A stretch of DNA of 64,000 nt. It comes from an uncultured Spirochaetota bacterium (GTDB taxonomy: Bacteria; Spirochaetota; Spirochaetia; SZUA-6; Fen-1364). The stretch is from NCBI GenBank assembly GCA_963845535.1, contig CAWJSK010000004.1, positions 1 through 64,000 of the forward strand, read 5' to 3'. Position numbers and translations under genes: made by a program. This document shows, piece by piece, positions 50,554-60,944 of this stretch (position 1 is the stretch's first letter; every line of letters starts with the position of its first letter). The notes beneath the pieces are model-generated. The model was not told the origin of the DNA. It worked only from the letters and a program-made list of their open reading frames with translations, and ran no database searches.

Positions 50554-52321
50554 CTAAAAGAGACCGCGCACCTTCCCCGTCTTCACGTCCACGTCGACGT
50601 TGCGGAACGCAGGCTCCGAAGCGGTTCCCGGCATGAGCTTGATGTCTCCTGCCACCGGCGACAATGAACCCCGCCCCGCGGTACTGGAGGATGTCCCGAA
50701 TGGGCAGAGTCCAACCCCGGGGCCGACCCTTGATGGTGGGGTCATGGGAAAGGCTCAGGTGAGTTTTCACCATGCAGGTCGCGAGCTTCGAAAGCTCCTG
50801 ATCGGCTTCGATCATCTTCAGCTTTTCCTGTGCAACCGGTGTATACGACACGCCGTCCGCGCCGTAGACTTTGGTTGCAATCAGCCTGATCCGCTCGGAC
50901 AAAGGCGTTGAAAGCTCGTAAAGGAACTTGAACTTCGGCGGCGTCTTGCACACATCCACCACCGCGTTGGCAAGCTCCACGGCCCCCTCCCCGCCCTTCT
51001 CCCAGTGGCGGGAAACCGCAACACGGGCTCCGGCTTTCTCAGCCGCTTTGCGTATCACGGCGATCTCATCATCGGTATCGGTGTAGAAATGGTTGATGCA
51101 GACCACGGGCTCGATCCCGGAGAGCTTGATGATCTCCACGTGTGCCACGAGATTCTCCAGGCCTTTCTCCACGAGCGGCACGTTCCTTTCCGTGTACGCC
51201 TTGTCCAGCGCCTTCCCCGGGACCACCCGTGGTCCGCCGCCGTGCATCTTCAGCGCCCGGACGGTGCAGACGAGCACGGAGCAGTTTGGCATGAGGCCGC
51301 TGAAGCGGCATTTCAGGTTCCAGAACTTCTCGAACCCGATGTCCGCGGCAAACCCGCTCTCCGTCACGTGGTAGTCAGCAAGCTTCAGCCCCACGCGATC
51401 CGCAATGATGGATGACTGGCCAATGGCGATATTGGCAAACGGCCCGGCGTGCACAAGAACGGGCTGGCCTTCGATTGTCTGCAGGAGGTTCGGGTTGATG
51501 GCCTTGGCCATGATGGCGGTCATGGCGCCATCCACCTGAAGGTCATGCGTCGTGACAGGCTTTCCCGATTTGCTGTACGCCACGACGATCTTTCCCATGC
51601 GTTCACGCAGGTCAGCCAGGGAGGAGGCAACGGCAAGAATGGCCATGATCTCGGAAGAGACGGTGATCTGGAACCCGCTCTTCATCATGAACCCATCCAT
51701 GTCGGAACCGAGCCCAATGATGATCTCCCGCATGGCTTGCGCGCAGAAGTCGATGGCCCAGCCCTGAGCAATGTTGCGCGGGTCTATGTCCAGGCGCTCC
51801 AAGCCGCGCTTCTTCAAGCCGGCGTCTCCGTAGTTGAACTCATGCTGGAGCCGGGCGGTGAGCGCCACCATGGAGAGGTTGTGCGCGTTCGTGATGGCGT
51901 CAAAGTCGCCGGTAAGCCCCAGGGAAAAGTCGGTGAGCGGGATGCACTGGGCAAGACCGCCGCCCGCAGCGGAGCCCTTGATGTTGAACGTCGGGCCGCT
52001 GGAAGGCTGGCGGATGGCGCCAATCACTTTCTTGCCCACCTTGCCGAGGCCTTCCACCAGCCCCATGGTGGTTGTGGATTTCCCTTCCCCGAGCGGCGTA
52101 GGCGTGATTGCGGTGACCTCGACGTATTTCCCATCCGGCCTGTCTTTCAGCCGGTTGAGGATGCTCATGTAGTCCAGCTTGGCAACGTAATGGCCGTAGG
52201 GAAGAAGCTCCCTGTCCTCCAGCCCCAGCTCCCGCGCAAGCTGCGTCACCGGCTTCATGCCGGCTTCCGCGGCTTCCGCGATCTCCCAGTCCTTCATCGT
52301 TTTCGGGTCGAGCTTCTGCAT
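50554..52321 (-). CDS. fhs: Formate--tetrahydrofolate ligase (frameshift ~50660)
   Basis: [37 protein letters not shown]. Confidence 0.95.
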
Positions 52322-52494
52322 CAGTACAACCTCCGTTGTCGGCGTCGACACAACACCATGAACGAGTATGAGCGCGCTCTCACCTGCCCGTCTTGTACGG
52401 GGGCGCACGCTTTTGTAAAATCATGCTACAGTACGCGGGCAGCCTGCACTTGCACAAGAAGCCCCGTATCCGTATCCTGCCTTGAGTCAACGGC

Positions 52495-53922
52495 ATGGGC
52501 ACGCAAGGCTTCTTCTCTCTCCTGGATGATGTCTCGCGCCGCAACAATTCTCTCCTGTGCATTGGCCTGGACCCTCCGCTCGAGACGCCCGTCACGGATA
52601 TCCTCTCAACCAACCGCAAGATTATTGATTGCGTTGCCCGTGTGGCGTGCGCGGTCAAACCGAACGCCGCTTTTTATGAAGCACGGGGCGCCCAGGGGTG
52701 GGAGATCCTGAAGGAGACCATCCGTCATGCGCACTCCAAAGAGCTGCCCGTCATCCTGGACGTCAAACGGGGAGACATAGCCTCCACCGCGGACGCTTAC
52801 GCAAAGGCCTGCTTTGACCTGCTGGAGGCGGATTGCGTTACGGCAAGCCCCTTCCTGGGCCATGACAGCGTGGAAAGCTTCACCAGACGGCCGGACAAAG
52901 GCGTGTTCCTCTTGTGCCATACGTCGAATGCCGGGGCAGGTGACGTTCAGGAGTTGAATGTCGATGGTGAGCCGCTGTACCTGCGAGTTGCGCGGATGGC
53001 CAACTCCTGGAACCGGAGCGGAAACATCGGCCTTGTCGTGGGCGCAACATTCGCGCATCTGATTAGCCGGGGTTCGGGAAGCGGTGCCCGGCCTCTGGTT
53101 CCTCCTCCCGGGATTGGAGCGCAGGGCGGAGACCTGGAGGCAAGCCTCCAGGCAGGACTGGAGCGCGGCGGCAAAGTGCTCGTGAACGTATCACGGGCAA
53201 TCTGGCAAGCCAAGGACCCGGGGGCGGCGGCGCGTGAGATGACGGACAGGATCAACGCATGCCGTAATGCCCACGAACACGGCGCCAGCGGCGCCGGAAA
53301 CCGCAGCCAGGCCGCCGGGAAGCCGGCGGAACTATCGGACCGCATAGCGCTTAGCCTCTATGACCTGGGGGCAGTCCGCCTGGGCTCCTTTACGCTCAAG
53401 TCCGGCCTGACCTCCCCCATCTACATCGACTTGAGACTTCTCGTGAGTGACCCGAAGCTCATGGCGGACGTTGCCCGCGCCATGGCGGGAATCCTTTCCG
53501 GACTTCGCTTCCAGCGGATTGCCGCAATCCCCTACGGCGGTCTTCCCATCGGACAGGCGGTGGCCATGGCGTCCGGCAAGCCGTTGATCTATCCTCGCAG
53601 GGAAGTGAAAGAGTACGGAACAAAAAAACCAATTGAAGGGACCTTCGCGTCCGGGGAAACCGTCGTGGTGCTTGATGACCTGATCACCACTGGCGCGAGC
53701 AAGCTGGAAGCCATCGAGCCGCTTCTGGCCGCGGGATTGAAAGTGACCGACGCCGTGGTGCTCGTGGACCGGGAGCAGGGAGGGGCGGCTGAGCTTGCGG
53801 CCAAAGGCCTCGCGCTTCATTCCGTCATGACCGTGAGCGGCCTCCTTGATGCGCTGGTCCGCCACGGGCGGGTCCCAGATTCGGTGCGCCGGGATGTGCG
53901 CTCTGCGCTCGGGATCCGCTGA
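52495..53922 (+). CDS. pyrF-pyrE: OMP decarboxylase-orotate phosphoribosyltransferase fusion
   Basis: LCIGLDP, DVKRGDI, PGIGAQGG; FTLKSG, YIDLR, VLDDLITTG. Confidence 0.92.
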   Translation: MGTQGFFSLLDDVSRRNNSLLCIGLDPPLETPVTDILSTNRKIIDCVARVACAVKPNAAFYEARGAQGWEILKETIRHAHSKELPVILDVKRGDIASTADAYAKACFDLLEADCVTASPFLGHDSVESFTRRPDKGVFLLCHTSNAGAGDVQELNVDGEPLYLRVARMANSWNRSGNIGLVVGATFAHLISRGSGSGARPLVPPPGIGAQGGDLEASLQAGLERGGKVLVNVSRAIWQAKDPGAAAREMTDRINACRNAHEHGASGAGNRSQAAGKPAELSDRIALSLYDLGAVRLGSFTLKSGLTSPIYIDLRLLVSDPKLMADVARAMAGILSGLRFQRIAAIPYGGLPIGQAVAMASGKPLIYPRREVKEYGTKKPIEGTFASGETVVVLDDLITTGASKLEAIEPLLAAGLKVTDAVVLVDREQGGAAELAAKGLALHSVMTVSGLLDALVRHGRVPDSVRRDVRSALGIR

Positions 53923-54904
53923 CCTTTCCTGCAGGATCGCGGGGATCAGCCTCCGCACTCCGCTGGTCCTTGCCTCCGGCATCTGGGGCACGTCCCCTGC
54001 CCTGCTCGAACGCGCCGCCCGCGGCGGGGCGGGCGCCGTCACGGCCAAGACATGCACTCCCCGACCCCGGCGGGGCCACAAAAATCCCACAGCCATTGAT
54101 TGGGGACACGGGCTCATCAACGCCATGGGGCTTCCCAACCCGGGGGTGGAGGAGGAGCTTGCCCTCTTGAAAGAGGCTTCGCGCAGACTTCGACCTCTTG
54201 GGGTAGCCCTCATTGCAAGCATTTCCGCGGACACGGCTTCAGACTTTGCCTCCGCGGCCGTCCTCCTTCAGCAGGCCGGGCCGGACATGATCGAGCTGAA
54301 CGTGTCATGCCCGAACCTCGGGGCGGAGCACGGGGAGATGTTCGCGGCCTCCGCGGCCGCGGCGGCAGAAGTGGTCAGCGCGACGTAAAGGCTGCTATCG
54401 TCACTGCCATGCCTCGTGAAGCTCTCCCCGAACGTGCACGACATCGGAGAGATCGCGCGCGCCGTGGTGCAGGCCGGGGCTGACGGAATCACCGCCATCA
54501 ATACGATGCCCGGCATGCTCGTGGACGCGGAGTCCGCTTCCGCCGTGCTTGCCAACGAGACGGGCGGGATCTCGGGCCCGGCGCTCAAGCCCATTGCCTT
54601 GCGCTGCGTCTACGACATTGCCTCCGCGGTAAGCGTGCCCATCATCGGCACGGGCGGAGTGCTCTGCGGCGTGGACGCGGTGGAAATGATCCTTGCCGGG
54701 GCCACGGCAGTAGGGGTGGGGTCGGCTGTCTTCTACCGCGGGAAGGATGCATTCTCCCTGATCCGGGATGAACTTTCCGCGTGGCTCGCCGGACACGGCT
54801 GCTCCACCGTCGAAGGGCTTCGCGGGAAAGCGCATCAGCGCAAGCAAAGCGCCATCGTGACTGCTCTCCCTCCTGTCCCCGACTGGGAGGGAAAGGATGA
54901 GTAG
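53894..54904 (+). CDS. pyrD: Dihydroorotate dehydrogenase type B catalytic subunit (frameshifts ~54380-54410; start uncertain)
   Basis: LASG, INAMGLPNPG, ELNVSCPN, KLSPNV, GGISGPALKP. Confidence 0.88.
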
Positions 54905-55626
54905 GACCGCAAACATCCCGACACCGTTTCGCGTCAGGGAAAAAGTCCAGGAAAACCCGAAGACCGTTTCTCTGATCCTGGACGGGTCCCTCGGCTGCAC
55001 GCCCGGGCAGTTCGTCATGCTGTGGCTGCCGGGCGTGGACGAAAAGCCTTTCAGCATTTCCGGGAGCAACCCCTTGATGTTCACTGTCTCCCGGGTTGGA
55101 CCCTTCAGCGAAGCGCTTCATGCGTTGTGCCCGGGAGACAGCGTCTGGGTCCGTGGCCCTTTCGGCACGGGGTTCTCACTCGGATCAGGCCGGGCGCTCC
55201 TCGTGGGGGGCGGTTACGGCGCAGCGCCTCTTGCGTTCCTTGCGCGATGTCTTTTGACCACGGCGCCGGCCGGCAGCGTGGAGGTGGCTCTCGGCGCGCG
55301 CACCTCGAAAGACCTCCTGTTTGTCGAGCGGTTTCGTGAGATGGGTGTACCCGTCCACGAAGCCACGGAGGACGGCTCGCGGGGCGCCACCGGACGGGTG
55401 ACCGAGGTGGTGAAGCCGCTCCTGGCAGAAGACCGGTTCTCCCGCCTCCAGGCGTGCGGCCCGGAATCGAATGCTCGAGACTCTGGCGGAGGCCTGCCGG
55501 GGCGCCGGCGTTCCGGCGGAGCTTTCCTTCGAGGCATACATGCGCTGCGGCATCGGCCTGTGCGGCGCATGCGAGCACGAGGGGAGGCTCGTGTGCCTGG
55601 ACGGTCCCGTGTTTACGACTTTCTAG
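54897..55626 (+). CDS. pyrK: Dihydroorotate dehydrogenase electron transfer subunit (frameshift ~55470)
   Basis: PGQFVM, EKPFSIS, GGGYGAAPL, MRCGIGLCGAC...VCLDGPVF. Confidence 0.88.
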
Positions 55627-55677
55627 GCAGCGCGGCCTTTCCTGCATTTCGCTCGAATTCTGAATCTTTCTGTCGGG

Positions 55678-56634
55678 CTATATCGAGTCTTCTTTCAACA
55701 CCAATCGGAGCGGAGATCCTTCCACAGGAATTGCTTCGGGGTGGCCTTCAGAACCACTTGCAGGCAAACTACGAAAAAGGGGGCGAGTTTCAGCAGCCAC
55801 TCGTTCAGCGGCAATCGTTGAGTATTTCCTCGAAATATCCATATGAACGAAATGACGATCATGCCGCCTGGCTATTGCAGCAACAGTGCCTGTTCCGCCA
55901 AATAGGTCGATCACTACGTTCCCGCGGTAGCTGTAGAATTTGATGAGCCGCTTGATCAACTCCTCTGGAAACGGGGCAGGATGCCCTTCGGACTTCTGCT
56001 CTGGAGTTTTCCTCCCCCTTCGAGGCGGATAGAGACTGTTCAAAAAAGGTTGTCGGCCGCGGGTCTCAGGTTGTATTGCCCAAAACGCGTCCGAGTATTT
56101 GATGAACTCTTCGGAGGTGATGTCGGCGTCTTCTTTTTTTCCTTCAAGAGCCCACGACCCCTTACAGAAGACAAGCACGTATTCCCAGCTTGGCACCATG
56201 TGAGGGTTGTGAGGACTTTTCCATGATCCCCAGGCGGTCCGACGTCTCATCGTCTGCTTGTACCAGAGGATCTCCGTACGCATGATGAAGCCAAGTTGCA
56301 TCAGGTCGCGTGCCATATCGTAGTGAATTGGGCGGAAATCCTTGATACTCGTCGGAGCTACATTGAGAGCGAATCTCCCGCCGTTGACGAGCACTCGATA
56401 CAGCTCTTTCCAGAAACCAGTCAGCCATTTCAAGTACTCGGCATATGGCATCTTATCGTTGTGCGAATCGTACTCCAGACCAACATTATATGGCGGCGAA
56501 GTGATGGCCAAATGAACTGATTCATTCGGCATTGCGCGCAAGATCTGGAGAGAATCCCCGCAGATTATTTGGTCTTTCCACCAATCGCCAACTTTGGAGG
56601 CGCGATGGAAATTTAGTACAGGAGTCTTTTTCAT
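55678..56634 (-). CDS. Site-specific DNA methyltransferase, N4C/N6A class beta
   Basis: ITSPPY, HPAPFPEEL, DLFGGTGT. Confidence 0.92.
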   Translation of the reverse strand: MKKTPVLNFHRASKVGDWWKDQIICGDSLQILRAMPNESVHLAITSPPYNVGLEYDSHNDKMPYAEYLKWLTGFWKELYRVLVNGGRFALNVAPTSIKDFRPIHYDMARDLMQLGFIMRTEILWYKQTMRRRTAWGSWKSPHNPHMVPSWEYVLVFCKGSWALEGKKEDADITSEEFIKYSDAFWAIQPETRGRQPFLNSLYPPRRGRKTPEQKSEGHPAPFPEELIKRLIKFYSYRGNVVIDLFGGTGTVAAIARRHDRHFVHMDISRKYSTIAAERVAAETRPLFRSLPASGSEGHPEAIPVEGSPLRLVLKEDSI

Positions 56635-56756
56635 CACTATCGACCATAGATTAGTGGAGGCGATCCCCTTTGGCAATCGGGCAAGTGGGGACTCAAGAAG
56701 TTGGTCCTCGGGACAACCCTGACCTGCGCTTGAAAAAAGCGCTTGCTTCTATCACC

Positions 56757-57251
56757 ATGGGGTTCGTGAAGATCAGGATCATCATCACCGGAGGAACGTT
56801 CGACAAGCAATATGACGAGATTCGCGGGAACCTCACGTTCAAGGACACCCACCTGCCGGAAATCCTGAAGTTCGTCCGATGCACGGTCCCCATCGAGCTG
56901 GAGCTGAACCAGCTCATTGACAGCCTCGACATGCAAACCGCCAACAGGCTTTCCATCCTGGAGTCCTGCCGCAAGGCGGAGGAGGAATGGATCGTCATAA
57001 CGCACGGCACCGACACGATGGCGGAGACCGCAGAGGTCCTGGGGAAAGCGGGGCTGAACAAAACCATCGTCATGACCGGCGCCATGGTCCCGTACATGGT
57101 CAACAACTCGGATGCGGTCTTCAACCTCGGGTGCGCGCTCACGGCGGTCCAGCTTGCCCCCGCGGGCGTCTACATCGTGATGAATAGCCGGCTTTTCCGC
57201 TGGGACCATGTGCGCAAGAACAAGGAGCGGGGCGTCTTCGAGGAAAAGTGA
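56757..57251 (+). CDS. Short asparaginase (N-terminal domain only)
   Basis: TGGTFDK, IDSLDM, HGTDTM, TGAMVP. Confidence 0.87.
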   Translation: MGFVKIRIIITGGTFDKQYDEIRGNLTFKDTHLPEILKFVRCTVPIELELNQLIDSLDMQTANRLSILESCRKAEEEWIVITHGTDTMAETAEVLGKAGLNKTIVMTGAMVPYMVNNSDAVFNLGCALTAVQLAPAGVYIVMNSRLFRWDHVRKNKERGVFEEK

Positions 57252-57322
57252 CGGAAGGTCCGAGGGCGGATTCAAGCCTGATTGGGCAAGAACGATATTT
57301 CCAAGGGGATCAGGGGGAACGG

Positions 57323-58309
57323 ATGCTCGACCTGGGAACACGCTACATGGGACTTGCGCTCGCCAATCCGCTCATTGCGGGAAGCTCCGCCCTCACGGCA
57401 ACCGTGGACGGGGTGAAAAGGGCGGAAAAGGGCGGCGTCGGCGCGGTAGTGCTGAAGTCGATCTTTGAGGAAGAGATCGCGGCCGAATACGAAGGGGCCC
57501 TTGCGGAGGCAAAAGCCAAGGGCATGAGCCTGGAATCCTACGAGTATTACGACTACGAGGTGCGGGGAGACCGCATTGCGTCATACGCGGACCTTGTCCG
57601 CGGGGCAAAAAAGGCCGTGCGGATTCCCGTGATTGCGAGCATCAACTGCACCTATTCGCATGAGTGGGTGACGTTTGCTCGCGAGTTGGAAGCCGCGGGG
57701 GCGGACGGCATCGAGCTCAACATGTTCTTCCTGCCCTCGGACCTGAAGCGCTCGAGCGAAGAACGGGAGAAAGACTACCTGGCAGTCATAGACAAGATCC
57801 TGAAGCAGGTCCGCATTCCCGTGGCGCTCAAGATCAGCCCGTACTTCTCCACGCTTGCGCAAATGATCCAGAAGCTCTCAGGCACGGGCGTTGCCGCCAT
57901 CGTGCTCTTCAATCGTTTTTATTCGATAGATTTCGACGTGGAGAAGCTCGCCGTCACCTCGGGCCCCGGGCTGAGCGTCCCCGCGGAAATCAGCCTGCCT
58001 TTGCGATGGGTGGCCCTGATGGCACGGCGCGTCAGCTGCGACCTGGCCGCATCCACGGGGGTTCATGACAGCACGGGCCTGATCAAGATGCTCCTGGCAG
58101 GGGCAAAAGCCGTCCAGGCGGTCTCCTCTCTGAGCGCCAACGGCGCGGGGCATGCCGGCGTGATCCTTGCCGGTCTCACCGACTGGATGCAGCGCCACGG
58201 GTTCAAGGCGTTGTCGGACTTCCGCGGCAAGCTGAGCCAGGCGGAGAGTGAAGACCCTGCGGCCTACGAGCGCGTGCAGTTCATGAAGCATTACGGAGGA
58301 AAGGAATGA
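57323..58309 (+). CDS. Dihydroorotate dehydrogenase-like protein
   Basis: VLKSIFEE, IASINC, LFNRFY, YERVQFMK. Confidence 0.87.
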   Translation: MLDLGTRYMGLALANPLIAGSSALTATVDGVKRAEKGGVGAVVLKSIFEEEIAAEYEGALAEAKAKGMSLESYEYYDYEVRGDRIASYADLVRGAKKAVRIPVIASINCTYSHEWVTFARELEAAGADGIELNMFFLPSDLKRSSEEREKDYLAVIDKILKQVRIPVALKISPYFSTLAQMIQKLSGTGVAAIVLFNRFYSIDFDVEKLAVTSGPGLSVPAEISLPLRWVALMARRVSCDLAASTGVHDSTGLIKMLLAGAKAVQAVSSLSANGAGHAGVILAGLTDWMQRHGFKALSDFRGKLSQAESEDPAAYERVQFMKHYGGKE

Positions 58310-59007
58310 CGGAGCTTCTCTGCCACAAAGACTCGTACCTGAAGGAGTTCGACGCGCGCGTTGTGGAAATCAACGCGGCGGAAAAGGCGGTGGCGCTGGA
58401 CCGTACGGCGTTTTTCCCCGGCGGCGGAGGCCAGCCCTTTGACCGGGGTTGGCTCGGTGAGTCGGTGGTGACGCGAACCGCCCGGCAGGGAGACGTTGTC
58501 TGGCACTACCTGGAAACGGAGCCCCCGGCCGTTGGCAGCCAGGTGCGCGGAAAGCTGGACTGGGAGCTTCGCTACAAGCTCATGCGCACGCATACCGCAT
58601 TCCACATCCTCTGCGGCGTTGTCTTTCGGGACTGGAAAGCGCAGGTCACCGGCGGCAACATGGAGCCTCTCAAGGGCCGAATGGACTTCGAGTTCGAGAC
58701 TCTCCAGAAGGAGCTGGTAACGGAAATCGAGAAGCGCGTCAACGCCGAAGTGCTGGTTGCCCGGCCCATTCTCGTGCGAGTGCTGCCACGGGACGAGGCG
58801 TTCAAGATCCCTGACCTGATCCGCACCAAGATCAACCTTTTGCCGGAGGGCATCCGTGAGGTCCGCATTGTGGAGATCCAGGGCCTTGATCTGCAGGCGG
58901 ACGGCGGCACGCACGTTGCCAATACCAAGGAGGTGGGCACTATCCGGGTGACCGGCTACGAGAGCAAGGGGCGGATCAACAAGCGGATCAAACTGGAAAT
59001 CGCGTAG
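58306..59007 (+). CDS. alaX: Alanyl-tRNA editing protein AlaX
   Basis: FPGGGGQPFD, MRTHTAFH, ADGGTHV. Confidence 0.9.
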   Translation: MTELLCHKDSYLKEFDARVVEINAAEKAVALDRTAFFPGGGGQPFDRGWLGESVVTRTARQGDVVWHYLETEPPAVGSQVRGKLDWELRYKLMRTHTAFHILCGVVFRDWKAQVTGGNMEPLKGRMDFEFETLQKELVTEIEKRVNAEVLVARPILVRVLPRDEAFKIPDLIRTKINLLPEGIREVRIVEIQGLDLQADGGTHVANTKEVGTIRVTGYESKGRINKRIKLEIA

Positions 59008-59037
59008 ACCGGGAAGAGCTTCAGGGAGCGCGGTTTC

Positions 59038-59850
59038 ATGAAGACACGCAAGCTCAAGTTCATTGGCTGTGAGATCATGTATCGGGAAGCCTGTCATCTT
59101 GCGGCCGCCTCCGCGGCGCAAGTCGACGTGGAGTTTCTCCGCAAGGGACTGCATGACCTGGAAACGCGGGACATGGTCTCCAAGGTGCAGTCAACCATTG
59201 ACGCCGTGGACCCCTCCGCGGGCTACGAGGCAATCCTCCTCGGATATGCGCGCTGCAACGACGGCCTCGTGGGCGTCACCGCCCGAACCGTCCCCCTTGT
59301 GGTGCCGAGGGCGCATGATTGCATCACGTTCTTCTTCGGTTCACGAACGGCATATCGCCAATACTTCGACTCCCATCCCGGCACCTACTACCTGACAACG
59401 GGATGGTCGGAACGCAACACGAACGCTTCCCCGAATGACCCGCAGGCGCTCAAGGGCTATGACAGGCCGGCGTACGGCCAGCAAGGCGTCATGGGCAAGC
59501 TTGGATTGACGGAGTCCTACGACGAGATGGTGCGCAAGTACGGAAAAGAGAACGCGGACTTTCTGAAGGACATGCTCGGGGACTGGATGAAGAACTACGA
59601 CAAGTTCCTCTACCTGCGCATGGGCGTGTGCGATGAGGAGCCGTTCATCGAGGCGGCGCGTAAGGACGCTGCCGATCGGGGATGGAAGCTGGAGACGCGG
59701 GAAGGGAACCTTTCGCTTCTGCGGAAGCTCTTCAACGGGCCTTGGGACGAGGACTTCATCATCGTTCCACCGGGCGGGAAGATCGTGGCGCGAAACGACG
59801 AGCGCATCCTTGACACGGAGCCTCCTCTCACTGGCGGCGCTGACGGCTGA
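59038..59850 (+). CDS. DUF1638 domain protein
   Basis: GLHD, LGYARC, PRAHDCI, TYYLTTGW. Confidence 0.82.
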   Translation: MKTRKLKFIGCEIMYREACHLAAASAAQVDVEFLRKGLHDLETRDMVSKVQSTIDAVDPSAGYEAILLGYARCNDGLVGVTARTVPLVVPRAHDCITFFFGSRTAYRQYFDSHPGTYYLTTGWSERNTNASPNDPQALKGYDRPAYGQQGVMGKLGLTESYDEMVRKYGKENADFLKDMLGDWMKNYDKFLYLRMGVCDEEPFIEAARKDAADRGWKLETREGNLSLLRKLFNGPWDEDFIIVPPGGKIVARNDERILDTEPPLTGGADG

Positions 59851-59868
59851 TGCGCCGCGACGCGATGC

Positions 59869-60279
59869 TTATTGAACCGTGATTGAGCCGGTCATGTAGG
59901 TGTGAAACCTGCAGTGGTAGTGATATGTGCTGGCGACGGTGCTCTTGGGAACCGTGAAGCTGTACGACGTGCCCGAAGCCACGTCAGCGCCGGTAATCAG
60001 TGTGTCTCCGGCGTCCGGCGTCACGCTGTGTGTCACGCCGTCATAATTGGTCCACGTCACGGTGACGGAGTTGGCGCTCGTGGAGAACGTGACGGAGCTC
60101 GGTGAGAAGGCAAATCCCGATATATCGATGCCGGCCGCGTTGGACCCGTTGAAGCCTGGTCCCGTCATGGATCCGCCACCTCCGCCTCCGCCTCCGCCCC
60201 CGCCGTAGCCGCCCGCCATCGAGCACCCGCTGATAACGCTGACGGCGAGAACAATGGACAGGACTCTTCGAAGCATCAT
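59869..60279 (-). CDS. Plastocyanin/azurin-like blue copper lipoprotein
   Basis: Lipobox ISGC, Gly11 linker, FAFSP, HSVT, YHCRFHTYM (H-C-H-M type 1 Cu ligands). Confidence 0.87.
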   Translation of the reverse strand: MMLRRVLSIVLAVSVISGCSMAGGYGGGGGGGGGGGSMTGPGFNGSNAAGIDISGFAFSPSSVTFSTSANSVTVTWTNYDGVTHSVTPDAGDTLITGADVASGTSYSFTVPKSTVASTYHYHCRFHTYMTGSITVQ

Positions 60280-60357
60280 ATGCCGTTCCTTCCTTGTGAA
60301 GACTCCGTGAAGAAATGCCCGCCGGAGGCTTCCGGCGGGACTCACGCCGTCTCCCTG

Positions 60358-60867
60358 TCAGGACTTCTGATTCACGAACACCTCGATCTTCTCGAGGAGC
60401 TCCCGGGCATTCTTGTTTCCTGACTTTTCGAGGATGATGTACTGCTGGACCGCCTTTACGAGGTCACCTTCCTGGAGGTACGCCTCGCCGTAGTATTCCC
60501 GGGCCTCCGGGAAGTTCGGCTTCAGCTTCAAAGCCTTTTCATAGTACGGGAATGCCTCGTTTACATTCCCCAGCTTCCGCGTGCAGAACCCCAGCATGTT
60601 GTAGGCTTCCGCGTAGTCGGACTTCAGGGAAATTGCGTTCTTGAAATCAGTGACGGCTTCCTGGTACTTGCCCGCATCAGATGCGGAGTATCCCGCGTTA
60701 TACCAGTCCTGTGCGCTATTGGGCGCGGATGCCCTGCTCCCCATCCCGCCGCCACCTCCGCCACCTCCCCCTCCGCCTCCGCCTCCGCCTCCGCTTCCCG
60801 ATGCGAAGGCTGCGCCTGCTGCTACAAGGGAAACAAGAAGCACTACGATGGTTCTTCTCATGCTCAT
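60358..60867 (-). CDS. Secreted tetratricopeptide repeat protein
   Basis: Signal peptide, Gly16 tract, AEAYNMLG, AREYYGEAY. Confidence 0.87.
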   Translation of the reverse strand: MSMRRTIVVLLVSLVAAGAAFASGSGGGGGGGGGGGGGGGGMGSRASAPNSAQDWYNAGYSASDAGKYQEAVTDFKNAISLKSDYAEAYNMLGFCTRKLGNVNEAFPYYEKALKLKPNFPEAREYYGEAYLQEGDLVKAVQQYIILEKSGNKNARELLEKIEVFVNQKS

Positions 60868-60944
60868 TCGCCTCCTCGGACCCTGGTTTCGCCAAGGTCC
60901 GGTAGTAGATACGTGAGAAGAGGCGGGTTGGATTTACAGGGTTG

